From assembly GCA_040754655.1 (NCBI GenBank), contig JBFMCE010000093.1:1-15345 (forward strand): a DNA stretch of 15,345 nt. The letters run 5' to 3'. Under the pieces are notes generated by a model that did no database searches, was not told the origin of the DNA, and saw only the letters and a program-made list of their open reading frames with translations. This stretch comes from Bdellovibrionota bacterium. Its GTDB lineage: Bacteria; Bdellovibrionota; UBA1018; UBA923. Both the position numbers and the translations under genes were made by a program. Shown one piece after another: positions 1-7,614 of the stretch; positions within the stretch are counted from its first letter, which is position 1; each line of letters starts with the position of its first letter.

Positions 1-2
1 TC

Positions 3-560
3 GAAACCCGGGAAAAAAGAGAGAGCTGTTATCTCTCTTTGCACGCCGAAGCGCTTCGACAAGTAGAAGAGTACCTTAAACTTCATGGGTTCGCAGTCGT
101 GTCTTCAAGTCCGATGAGATGGGTGCTTACAACGGGAATCGTTGAAAACGACCTCAACGGCATGGAAACCCTTCAACACGAAGCTGTGCTGAAAGTTCAA
201 AAGGAAAACAAATTCGCGGAAGTCATCCTGAGAACATCGGTCTTCATTCATGTCTTGACCATCTCTCAGAGAGTGCAAAAAGATGAAGTGCTCGACGAGC
301 TTAAAAACGTCATCAGTCCTGGAAAAAAAGTAAGACGGTTTGAAAAGTCGCTCTTTTCCGATCTCAATGCAACGGTCATCAATCCTCTCTCTGGCCGTGC
401 GATTATTCCTGACCTGAGACTGCGTATTTTCCCCCGGGAAAAGACAGCAAAAGAAGGAATAGCCAACGACACTGACCTTGCGACACGCGAATGGACGCTC
501 AGAACCACAAGACTTGCTTGCACTCATCAGTTCGCCCCAGTTGAAGTTCCGATAGAGTAA
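3..560 (+). CDS. Hypothetical protein, 5'-truncated by the window edge
   Basis: The frame of the 39..560 ORF is open back to position 3 (ETREKRESCYLSLHAEALRQ...), so TTG39 is probably not the true start. Stop TAA at 558-560. No family motif recognised; it ends in ...RLACTHQFAPVEVPIE. Confidence 0.6.
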   Translation, partial: ETREKRESCYLSLHAEALRQVEEYLKLHGFAVVSSSPMRWVLTTGIVENDLNGMETLQHEAVLKVQKENKFAEVILRTSVFIHVLTISQRVQKDEVLDELKNVISPGKKVRRFEKSLFSDLNATVINPLSGRAIIPDLRLRIFPREKTAKEGIANDTDLATREWTLRTTRLACTHQFAPVEVPIE

Positions 561-599
561 GGTCTCGGAAAAAAACGCCTCAAATCAACGCGCTGTGTC

Positions 600-642
600 T
601 TGCTAGGGACCATACTACATACCGTAAACTATTCTACGGAGG
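600..642 (+). promoter_or_regulatory. Putative sigma70-type promoter and Shine-Dalgarno for the SpoIID-family gene
   Basis: TTGCTA (600-605) and TAAACT (625-630) with a suboptimal 19-nt spacer. GGAGG at 638-642 lies 9 nt before GTG652. Confidence 0.35.
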
Positions 643-651
643 TTACTCAGG

Positions 652-1908
652 GTGGAGTATCTCAGCCCCAAGGATGGGGGCCTTCTTCAAACCTTTCGTT
701 CGCTTCATCAAAGTCCCATCACGCCGCGAAGAATTCGCTCAGAACTCTTGCTTGTGGCCGTGTTTGGTTTCGCAGTCGTGCTTTTGCTCGTATTTTGTTC
801 ACGCGCTCTGGCGGCTCCGATTCCCGTTGTGAGAGTGATGGTAGAGCGTGAAAAGGAATCGATTCTTATCCAAGGATTCGATCTCGTCGTGGCTCAAGCT
901 GAAACCCAAAAAAAACTTGGCAGGCAAGCTGGGCGCGCGTCGATCGCGGTGCGATGTTCGCTCGGAGGCAAGATCTCGCTTCATATCGAGCCTCGCAGGG
1001 AAGTGAAAGTCGAAGGCGCGATTCATGTCGCGAGTTTGGGCGGATTTATCCGCGTTGGGCAAAACCAATATAGAGACGATCTGTACATCTATTCGTTCAA
1101 CGGCGATTGCATCGTCGTGAACCATGTTGATCTCGAAAAATACGTCGCAGGCCTTCTAAGTTCTGAGATGTCGCCAAAGTGGAACTTACAGACTTTGATG
1201 GCTCAAGCGGTCGCCGCGAGAACTTACGCGATCTATCAGATGAGAACCAGCGGTTCGCTCTCGTATAAAGGGCTTAAACCTCCGTTCGACCTTGAGTCGA
1301 CCGTGAAAGACCAGGTTTATGAGGGCGCTCATCGCGAACAGTACAAGACAATCCGCGCCGTCCAACAAACTCGAGGCCAAGTGTTGATGTTTGAAGAAAA
1401 ACCGATCAAGGCTTTTTATCATTCTACTTGCGGCGGTACGACCGAGACACCAGAGCGTGTTTGGGGTGCGCGTTACCCGTACATGAGCTCAGTCGAGTGT
1501 GGTTTTTGCAACCGGTCTCCGCGTTTCAATTGGACCTTTAGCGTCGCGACCAACGAACTTGAAAAGCGGCTTTCTCAGGCGCGTCTTTTGAAAGGAAGGC
1601 TTTCCTCCATTCGCGTGGCCGAGCGAAATCGCTTGGGAAGGGCGGCCAAGATCGAGGTTCGGGGATCGGAGGGAACGACGACGATGAGCGCTATTCGCCT
1701 GCGCGACCTTTTGGGCACCTCGCAACTGCGGAGCACGGACTTCGTGTCAGTCAACCATGCGGGGAAAGTCGTGTTCGTCGGCCATGGCTCAGGCCACGGC
1801 GTGGGAATGTGCCAGTGGGGCGCACGCGTTATGGGCGATAAAGGCAAGACTCATGCGCAAATCCTCAAACATTACTATCCTCAAGCGCAGCTCAAAAACT
1901 TGTATTGA
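652..1908 (+). CDS. SpoIID/LytB domain peptidoglycan lytic transglycosylase with N-terminal membrane anchor/signal
   Basis: Family motifs VNHVDLEKYVAGLLSSEM (catalytic Glu), AQAVAARTYA, DQVY, TRGQVL, FYHSTCGGTTE, LRST, GHGSGHGVGMCQWGA and ILKHYYP. Hydrophobic stretch LLLVAVFGFAVVLLLVFC near the N-terminus. GGAGG RBS upstream. Confidence 0.93.
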   Translation: MEYLSPKDGGLLQTFRSLHQSPITPRRIRSELLLVAVFGFAVVLLLVFCSRALAAPIPVVRVMVEREKESILIQGFDLVVAQAETQKKLGRQAGRASIAVRCSLGGKISLHIEPRREVKVEGAIHVASLGGFIRVGQNQYRDDLYIYSFNGDCIVVNHVDLEKYVAGLLSSEMSPKWNLQTLMAQAVAARTYAIYQMRTSGSLSYKGLKPPFDLESTVKDQVYEGAHREQYKTIRAVQQTRGQVLMFEEKPIKAFYHSTCGGTTETPERVWGARYPYMSSVECGFCNRSPRFNWTFSVATNELEKRLSQARLLKGRLSSIRVAERNRLGRAAKIEVRGSEGTTTMSAIRLRDLLGTSQLRSTDFVSVNHAGKVVFVGHGSGHGVGMCQWGARVMGDKGKTHAQILKHYYPQAQLKNLY

Positions 1909-1926
1909 AGCATTTGCATGAAGCTT

Positions 1927-3246
1927 CTACTGGCCGCCGCCGCTATCATCACTTTTATTTAAAAGTTCTGAAACGAACAGTTTTCGAATTTGACCAACGA
2001 GATAAAGAGAGCCCGTGACCACAATCATGTCGCGCGGGTCTGCGCTTCTGAGCACTTCTTGCAAGGCCTGCTGTGGATCTGGCCACGCTCCCTGACAGCT
2101 TTTTAGCCACTCTCCATACTCTTGAATTCTTCTTCCTCGAAATGGGGTTTCGGTCAAATAGAGGGAAGCGTCTGGAAGTTTCTGCAAGGGCCTTAAAATT
2201 CCATCGAGATCTTTTTCACGGCCCACTCCAACGATCAGGTGAAGATGGTTGCGCGGGTAGTCTTTCAAAAGTTGGACGAGGCTTTCGATTCCCTGCGGAT
2301 TATGATCGCCCGAAAGATAGAGCCGGCGTTTTAAGTTTGCGCTCTCGACTTTTTCCATTCGACCCGGCCATTGCACCTTTTCAAGCGCGTGAAGCGCGCG
2401 GCCCGGATCAAAGCCCAGCGCTTCAAAAGCAGTGAGGGCGAGGGCAGTGTTTTCGGCGCCTCGCCAACCCGGAAGTTTGAGAGGCGCTTCTCCCCACTCG
2501 CTTCTGAGCAAGTAGCGGGGTTCTTCAAAGTCTTGACTCTTGACGCTCAGATCAAAGGATTTTGAGCAAATCCAAGTGCTGTTTGTTTTTTCTGCCGCCT
2601 CGCGCGCAAGGCTCGCCACCGAACCGTCGGTGAACGGAGAGTGCACGACGGTCGAGTCTTGGCCTACGACTCCAAATTTATTCGCGGCGATCTCGGCAAG
2701 CGTCTCACCAAGCAGGTTTTGATGGTCAAAACCAAGTCGCGAAATGACATTGAAAGCATGGGGAATGGCGTTGGTGGCGTCCCAGGTGCCGCCAAGCCCC
2801 ACTTCAAAAATCATCCAGTCCGAGGGCGGCGTGATGGCTCCCGCCGCAAAAGCCCAGGCAGCCATCAAGGTGAGCGTCTCAAAGTGGGTGAGTTGCAGAT
2901 GACGGGTTTTCTCAGAGACATGATCGTAAGCTTGGCAGAAGAGATCTCTCGATATGTCTTTGCCCGAGAGGCGAATGCGCTCAGTGTGTTCAATCAAGTG
3001 AGGCGATGTGTAAAGGCCAACGCGCGAACCAGTTGAAAGCAAGAGTGCTTCGAGGCTAGCGCACACGCTTCCCTTTCCGTTGGTGCCGGCGACGACAACG
3101 GCTCGACTGGGGTCGATTGAAAAAGAAGAGCCCAGTCCCAGGGCTTTGAGCCCTTGTTTCGTGGGTTCAAGCGCTGGGCGTGTTTTTGGCATCACGCCGC
3201 GCGCTTCAAGAGCTTGAACCACTTGCCGGTAGCGTGAATCGTTCAT
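1927..3246 (-). CDS. folC: Dihydrofolate synthase / folylpolyglutamate synthase
   Basis: P-loop VAGTNGKGS, YTSPHL..ERI, EVGLGGTWDATN, DH..LG.TL..IA..K, WPGRME, HNP and VTGSLYLVG. Its start overlaps the folKP stop by 4 nt. Confidence 0.95.
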   Translation of the reverse strand: MNDSRYRQVVQALEARGVMPKTRPALEPTKQGLKALGLGSSFSIDPSRAVVVAGTNGKGSVCASLEALLLSTGSRVGLYTSPHLIEHTERIRLSGKDISRDLFCQAYDHVSEKTRHLQLTHFETLTLMAAWAFAAGAITPPSDWMIFEVGLGGTWDATNAIPHAFNVISRLGFDHQNLLGETLAEIAANKFGVVGQDSTVVHSPFTDGSVASLAREAAEKTNSTWICSKSFDLSVKSQDFEEPRYLLRSEWGEAPLKLPGWRGAENTALALTAFEALGFDPGRALHALEKVQWPGRMEKVESANLKRRLYLSGDHNPQGIESLVQLLKDYPRNHLHLIVGVGREKDLDGILRPLQKLPDASLYLTETPFRGRRIQEYGEWLKSCQGAWPDPQQALQEVLRSADPRDMIVVTGSLYLVGQIRKLFVSELLNKSDDSGGGQ

Positions 3247-4544
3247 AAAAGCGCGGCGGCAACCCTGAAGGCTCGCGCGTGGATTTCAATATTATGCACG
3301 CGAAGATAATCGACTTTTGCTTGGGCAAGCCAAAGCGACGCGCCGACGGTCTCAATATCGCGCTCTGCAAATGCGCGCGAGGTGAATTGCGAGAAGAACG
3401 ATTTTCGTGAATGGCCCACGAGAATCCTCACGCCAAGCTCTTTGAATCTTTCGATTTCACGCAAAATTTGAAGTGATTGCTCGGCGGTCTTTCCAAAACC
3501 AATGCCTGGGTCAAAGATGAGGCGATCCCTCGTGAATCCTTCCTTCTCAAGCTCGCCGATGCGGCCTTCTGCCCATCCTAAAACCACCTCAACCGGATTC
3601 GCATTTGCCGCGATGACCTTTGATTTGTCAGCAGGCACGCTAAGGCTATGCATGAAAACAAGATCTGCTTCAGAGTCTGCGATCGTGCGGCGCATTTCAG
3701 GGCAAGCCGCGCCGCCGACATCATTGATCCAATCAACGCCAATTCGCAGCGCACGCCTTGCGACTTCGGCATGTCTGGTGTCAATGCTGACGAGCGGATA
3801 CCGAGTTTTTTCATCCAATCGTTCCAGCACTGGGCCAAGCCTCATCCATTCGGTTTCGGCATCCAGGGCCTGGGCGCCAGGACGGGTTGACTCGGCTCCA
3901 AAATCAAGAACAGATGCGCCCTCGCCCGCGAGTTGTTCCGCCTGTGCGATTGCGGCCGACGCTTCAATGCATTTTCCGCCGTCAGAAAATGAGTCTGGCG
4001 TGATGTTCACGATCCCAACGAGTTCGGGTGAACAGAGTGAAACAGGCCTTGTCTCAAAAGGCATTGAGCTTAAGTTCCACCTTGCGGCGAGTTCTCTTGA
4101 TTTTTTGCCTTCATTTTCGCCTGCTCTGGGATAAGTCCATTCCGGCGCCAAGTCTCGCAGTGGAAGCAGCGCAAACGGGCGCCCAAGCAACTCGGGGTGG
4201 GGAATCTGCAGCTCGGGCTCAAGCGAAACCAAATCATTCCAACAGAGGATATCAATATCGATTTGGCGTGGGGCCCACTTCTCGCGGCTCGATCGTCCGA
4301 GTTCACGTTCAATTTTTTTTATTTTGTGCAGCAGTTCAAACGGGCTAAGGCGCGTCTGAATCTCGATGGCGAGGTTCAGGAACGGGGTATTCCAATCCTT
4401 GGGCGACGCTGGCGGAACCAGGGCGACTGATTCATAGAACGCGGAAATACCCTTGATCTGAACCAGCCTTCGCAATGCTCTGATGGCATTCCGGATGTTT
4501 TGCTCGCGCGCACCAAGGTTTGAGCCCAGGCCCAGAATGATCAT
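3243..4544 (-). CDS. folKP: Bifunctional HPPK (FolK) - dihydropteroate synthase (FolP) fusion
   Basis: N-terminal ~140 aa carry HPPK motifs LGLGSNLG, FLN, PRQIDIDIL, IPHP and RPFALLPL. From aa ~173 come DHPS motifs GIVNITPDSFSDGG, GAESTRPG, SIDT, INDV, DPGIGFGK, GHSRKSF and RVH. One uninterrupted frame. Confidence 0.96.
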   Translation of the reverse strand: MIILGLGSNLGAREQNIRNAIRALRRLVQIKGISAFYESVALVPPASPKDWNTPFLNLAIEIQTRLSPFELLHKIKKIERELGRSSREKWAPRQIDIDILCWNDLVSLEPELQIPHPELLGRPFALLPLRDLAPEWTYPRAGENEGKKSRELAARWNLSSMPFETRPVSLCSPELVGIVNITPDSFSDGGKCIEASAAIAQAEQLAGEGASVLDFGAESTRPGAQALDAETEWMRLGPVLERLDEKTRYPLVSIDTRHAEVARRALRIGVDWINDVGGAACPEMRRTIADSEADLVFMHSLSVPADKSKVIAANANPVEVVLGWAEGRIGELEKEGFTRDRLIFDPGIGFGKTAEQSLQILREIERFKELGVRILVGHSRKSFFSQFTSRAFAERDIETVGASLWLAQAKVDYLRVHNIEIHARAFRVAAALL

Positions 4545-4921
4545 ATGGCGTCACCAAAAGAAAAACTTGCGCCGTCTTTCACTTCAGGGATGGGTGGGTC
4601 TTTCGTCACAGTCACCAGAAGCCTGAGATCTTTGGCGATGGCCTTTCGGATCTCGGCGTGAATGCCAAAGGCCATGTGTTCGATGAGCTTAAAGGGCTTG
4701 CTTTCACAATACTGGCGCACGACTTGAGTGAGCTGGCCATAGTCGACCGTGCCTACCAAGTCATCGGTTTGACAGGCCGTCGGCGTTTTCTCGAATCTGA
4801 TCTTAAAGTCGACTTTGATAGGTTGCAGGGCCGCGCGTTCTTCCTCGCCCCACCCTAGATGAACCATCAAGCGAAAGCCTCGCACACTCAAAATACAGCT
4901 TTGTTCTTGCGTCGTGCCCAT
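4541..4921 (-). CDS. folB: Dihydroneopterin aldolase
   Basis: 126 aa with G..EEER...Q...VD, DDL..TVDY, LIEH.A and V.K..PP motifs. AGGAG RBS 6 nt upstream. 4-nt overlap with folKP. Confidence 0.92.
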   Translation of the reverse strand: MGTTQEQSCILSVRGFRLMVHLGWGEEERAALQPIKVDFKIRFEKTPTACQTDDLVGTVDYGQLTQVVRQYCESKPFKLIEHMAFGIHAEIRKAIAKDLRLLVTVTKDPPIPEVKDGASFSFGDAI

Positions 4922-4966
4922 TTGATCTCCTCGTCTCGCGGCTTTTTACCAAATTGCGATAGTTTT

Positions 4967-4975
4967 TGATATAAC
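4967..4975 (+). promoter_or_regulatory. Putative extended -10 promoter of queA within the 62-bp divergent intergenic region
   Basis: TG-A-TATAAC at 4967-4975, 8 nt before ATG4984. No Shine-Dalgarno is present. Confidence 0.4.
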
Positions 4976-4983
4976 TGCGGCCG

Positions 4984-6126
4984 ATGCGCACTGAAAGTTT
5001 CGATTTTGAGCTCTCTCCTGACCGAATCGCTCAACACCCTCTCGAGCCCAGGCATGCTTCGAAGCTGATGGTCTGCCAAGGCAAAGGAAGCTTGGGAAGC
5101 TGGAACTCGGGCTCTTTTAAATTCTTTCACAAGAGCTTTTTCGACTTGAGCGAACTTCTTACTGCGAATGACTTCCTCGTTTTGAATGACGCCAAGGTCT
5201 TGCCCGTGAGGCTTCTCGGACGGAGAAGGGAAGGCACGGGCGGAGCGGTTGAGGCCCTGCTCTTGAGGCGCAATGCTGAGCGAGAGTGGTCGGCGCTCTT
5301 GCATCTTTCGGCGCGAGTCAGGCCAGGGCTTGAGTTTCTCTTCGAGCCAGGGCTCGTTGCAGAGGTGCTCTCGACCCATGAAGAGAGGCTTGCCAACGAA
5401 GGAGAGGTGCGACTGCGTTTTTCCGGCCTTTCCCTGGATCGAATCTCTCTTGAGACGTGGTTAGAGCGTTACGGGCATGTTCCGCTGCCTCCATATATCG
5501 AGCGAGACGACCGCGCCGAAGACAAGAAGGCCTATCAAACGGTTTACGCCGCAAAACAAGGTTCTGCCGCCGCGCCGACGGCGGGTTTTCACTTCACCGG
5601 CGAACTCTTGGAAAAGCTTCAAGCCAAGGGGGTTGAAATGGCCCATCTCACATTGCACGTGGGGCTTGGCACATTCCGGCCGATCAAAACCGAAACTGTT
5701 GAAGAGCATAAGATGCACCGGGAGACGTTTGAGCTTTCTACAGACTTCATGCAGGCGTTTGCGAATGCCAGGCGCCGCGGCAAGCGCATCGTCGCCGTGG
5801 GAACTACGGTGGTGCGCGCTCTTGAAACTTGGGCGCTGCTTTGCGATGAGAGAAAAGTCGAGCTGGGTTCGCCTGAATCGACCGGGATTTTTGAGACCCA
5901 GGCCTACATTCATCCGGGACCTGCGGGTGAACTTTATCCTTTTAGAGTCGTGCAAGACTTGATCACGAACTTTCATTTACCCCGCTCATCCCTTTTGGTC
6001 TTGGTGGGAGCCGCGATGGGAGTTGAGCCGGTGATGCAGGCGTACCGACTCGCGCTTGAGCGAGAATACCGGTTCTTTAGTTATGGTGATGCGATGTTCA
6101 TCACCGGGGAAGACAGGAAACTTTGA
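4984..6126 (+). CDS. queA: S-adenosylmethionine:tRNA ribosyltransferase-isomerase (queuosine biosynthesis)
   Basis: FDFEL...IAQHP, PLPPYI, YQTVYA, GSAAAPTAGFHF, LHVGLGTFRP, AVGTTVVRALE, ITNFHLPRSSL and YRFFSYGDAMFI. Confidence 0.97.
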   Translation: MRTESFDFELSPDRIAQHPLEPRHASKLMVCQGKGSLGSWNSGSFKFFHKSFFDLSELLTANDFLVLNDAKVLPVRLLGRRREGTGGAVEALLLRRNAEREWSALLHLSARVRPGLEFLFEPGLVAEVLSTHEERLANEGEVRLRFSGLSLDRISLETWLERYGHVPLPPYIERDDRAEDKKAYQTVYAAKQGSAAAPTAGFHFTGELLEKLQAKGVEMAHLTLHVGLGTFRPIKTETVEEHKMHRETFELSTDFMQAFANARRRGKRIVAVGTTVVRALETWALLCDERKVELGSPESTGIFETQAYIHPGPAGELYPFRVVQDLITNFHLPRSSLLVLVGAAMGVEPVMQAYRLALEREYRFFSYGDAMFITGEDRKL

Positions 6127-6128
6127 AC

Positions 6129-6773
6129 ATGCTTAAAAAACACACGCTCGTGGTGGGCCCGTTTCAATGCAATTGCAGTGTGCTGGTCTGCGAGAAGACG
6201 AAAGAGGCCATCGTGATCGATCCGGGCGATGAGTTTTCGCGCATCCAGGAATGGTGCAGCAAATCGCGGATCACCCTGAAATACGCGGTCCACACTCACG
6301 CGCATCTTGATCATATCGGCGCGGTAAGTGAACTGAAGCGTTGGTGTCCGACAATGAAAATCGCCTTGCACAAAGATGATGACCAGCTTTACCAGAACCT
6401 GCCGATGCAAGGGCAGCTCTTTGGATTCAGCTATGACGTTCCACCTCCGGTCGATCATTTTGTGAACGACGAAGAGGTTTTGAAGTTCGGCGAGCACGAG
6501 TTCTCGGTAATACACACTCCGGGTCATTCGCCGGGCGGAATTTGCCTGCACTTCCAAGGCGGTGTTTTGAGCCAAGAACCCGTGATGTTCACCGGAGACA
6601 CGCTGTTTCAACAGTCAATCGGCAGAACCGATCTCTGGGGCGGTGACCATCGCACGCTCATCAAGAGCATCAAGAGCCGCCTTTTGACCAAAGACGAGCA
6701 GACGCGGGTTTTCCCGGGGCACGGTGCGGCGACTTCGATCGGGATCGAAGCGAAACAAAATCCATTTTTATAG
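6129..6773 (+). CDS. MBL-fold metallo-hydrolase, glyoxalase II-like (YcbL/GloC type)
   Basis: HTHAHLDHIGA (HxHxDH), IDPG, HTPGHSPG, FTGDTLF, GRTDL, PGHG and C-terminal NPFL. Start is ATG6129, or TTG6123 overlapping the queA stop. Confidence 0.92.
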   Translation: MLKKHTLVVGPFQCNCSVLVCEKTKEAIVIDPGDEFSRIQEWCSKSRITLKYAVHTHAHLDHIGAVSELKRWCPTMKIALHKDDDQLYQNLPMQGQLFGFSYDVPPPVDHFVNDEEVLKFGEHEFSVIHTPGHSPGGICLHFQGGVLSQEPVMFTGDTLFQQSIGRTDLWGGDHRTLIKSIKSRLLTKDEQTRVFPGHGAATSIGIEAKQNPFL

Positions 6774-6797
6774 GCGAGACAAGGCATTTTCTACCGA

Positions 6798-6845
6798 TTG
6801 CGCGCTCACGCTAGTTCCGTAAACTTAAGAACTAACCGTCGGAGG
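6798..6845 (+). promoter_or_regulatory. Putative sigma70 promoter and RBS for the PEGA lipoprotein
   Basis: TTGCGC (6798-6803), 16-nt spacer, TAAACT (6820-6825). GGAGG at 6841-6845 before ATG6853. Confidence 0.4.
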
Positions 6846-6852
6846 GGCGTCA

Positions 6853-7530
6853 ATGCGCTATCAAAGAAAACTCAATCTCATCGCAATTCTTGCAATAGTC
6901 TTGGTGGTCGCTGCCTGTGGAGGCAGCAGAAAGATTCTGGTCGTCAAATCAGAACCCGCGGACGCCGAGGTTTGCATCAAAGGCAAGGGCGGTAGCGAGT
7001 ATTTCTCGAACTCAAAAAACTGCGTCGGTACGACGCCGTTTGAAGCGGATAGGGTGAAGGTCGTCGACGTCGAAGGCGAAAAGCGCGTAGTGAGCTTCAA
7101 AGACGTTGAAGGCGATAAGGAAAGTTTTTACATCGTCGTGAGCCGACCAGGTTACAAGCCGCAAGCGGTCGAAGTGCCCGCGTGGGAGCATGTCGTGAAA
7201 CTGCAGCCCGAGGGGGGGATGGCGACTCCGTCTGATGCCGCCGCGTCTACCCAAACACAAAGCCGCGCCGTGATGAAGATCACCTCTGAACCGGTGGGCG
7301 CGTTGGTTTATATCGGCGGAACTTTGAAGGGAAATACGCCCTTCTCTTATGAAGGTCAGACCGGAACGGTGAATGTGAAGCTTGAGCTTGCGGGCCACCA
7401 GACGATCGAAAAAGCTTTGGCTCTGGATGCGTCGGTGCCTTTGAACCTCAATTTCAAGATGGTTCCCGACGGCGCGACGGCGAATCCTGCGCGGATGCCG
7501 GCTTCAAAGCAAGAATCAAACAATCCATAG
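6853..7530 (+). CDS. PEGA-domain lipoprotein (two PEGA-like beta domains)
   Basis: Signal peptide with lipobox-like VAAC. Two repeats of the PEGA signature: VKSEPADAEVCI...GTTPF...GYK and ITSEPVGALVYI.G..KGNTPF...GHQ. Confidence 0.82.
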   Translation: MRYQRKLNLIAILAIVLVVAACGGSRKILVVKSEPADAEVCIKGKGGSEYFSNSKNCVGTTPFEADRVKVVDVEGEKRVVSFKDVEGDKESFYIVVSRPGYKPQAVEVPAWEHVVKLQPEGGMATPSDAAASTQTQSRAVMKITSEPVGALVYIGGTLKGNTPFSYEGQTGTVNVKLELAGHQTIEKALALDASVPLNLNFKMVPDGATANPARMPASKQESNNP

Positions 7531-7614
7531 GCTTTTCACGATTCAGGCCTCGCCCGCTTTTGCCGGCAGACAATTCCTCTTCCGGTTTCTTAGCCGTTGG
7601 AATACGATACCGCC

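Noticed and set aside
652..1908. SpoIID as evidence of sporulation
   Set aside because: SpoIID/LytB domains are widespread in non-sporulating diderm bacteria, and no other sporulation genes are present.
1906..1927. GAAGC...GCTTC inverted repeat between the convergent SpoIID-family gene and folC
   Set aside because: Only a 5-bp stem with an 11-nt loop and no U-tract, too weak to call a terminator.
3490..3520. DHPS as a sul-type sulfonamide-resistance enzyme
   Set aside because: It has the ordinary DPGIGFGK motif, sits in a chromosomal folate operon fused to folK, and has no mobile-element context.
3502..4134. 210-aa plus-strand ORF antisense to folKP
   Set aside because: Ser/Ala/Pro-rich shadow of a well-supported gene, with no motifs or RBS.
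4922..4983. preQ1 or THF riboswitch upstream of queA or folB
   Set aside because: The region is only 62 bp and largely filled by RBS and promoter-like elements, with no preQ1 stem plus A-rich tail or THF aptamer pattern visible.
4888..6611. Minus-strand ORFs of 163, 171 and 176 aa opposite queA and the MBL gene
   Set aside because: They lie antisense to motif-rich genes and are typical shadow frames of GC-rich coding DNA.
6129..6773. MBL-fold gene as a beta-lactamase resistance gene
   Set aside because: No signal peptide, and the GRTDL/PGHG/NPFL motifs indicate the housekeeping glyoxalase-II-like family.
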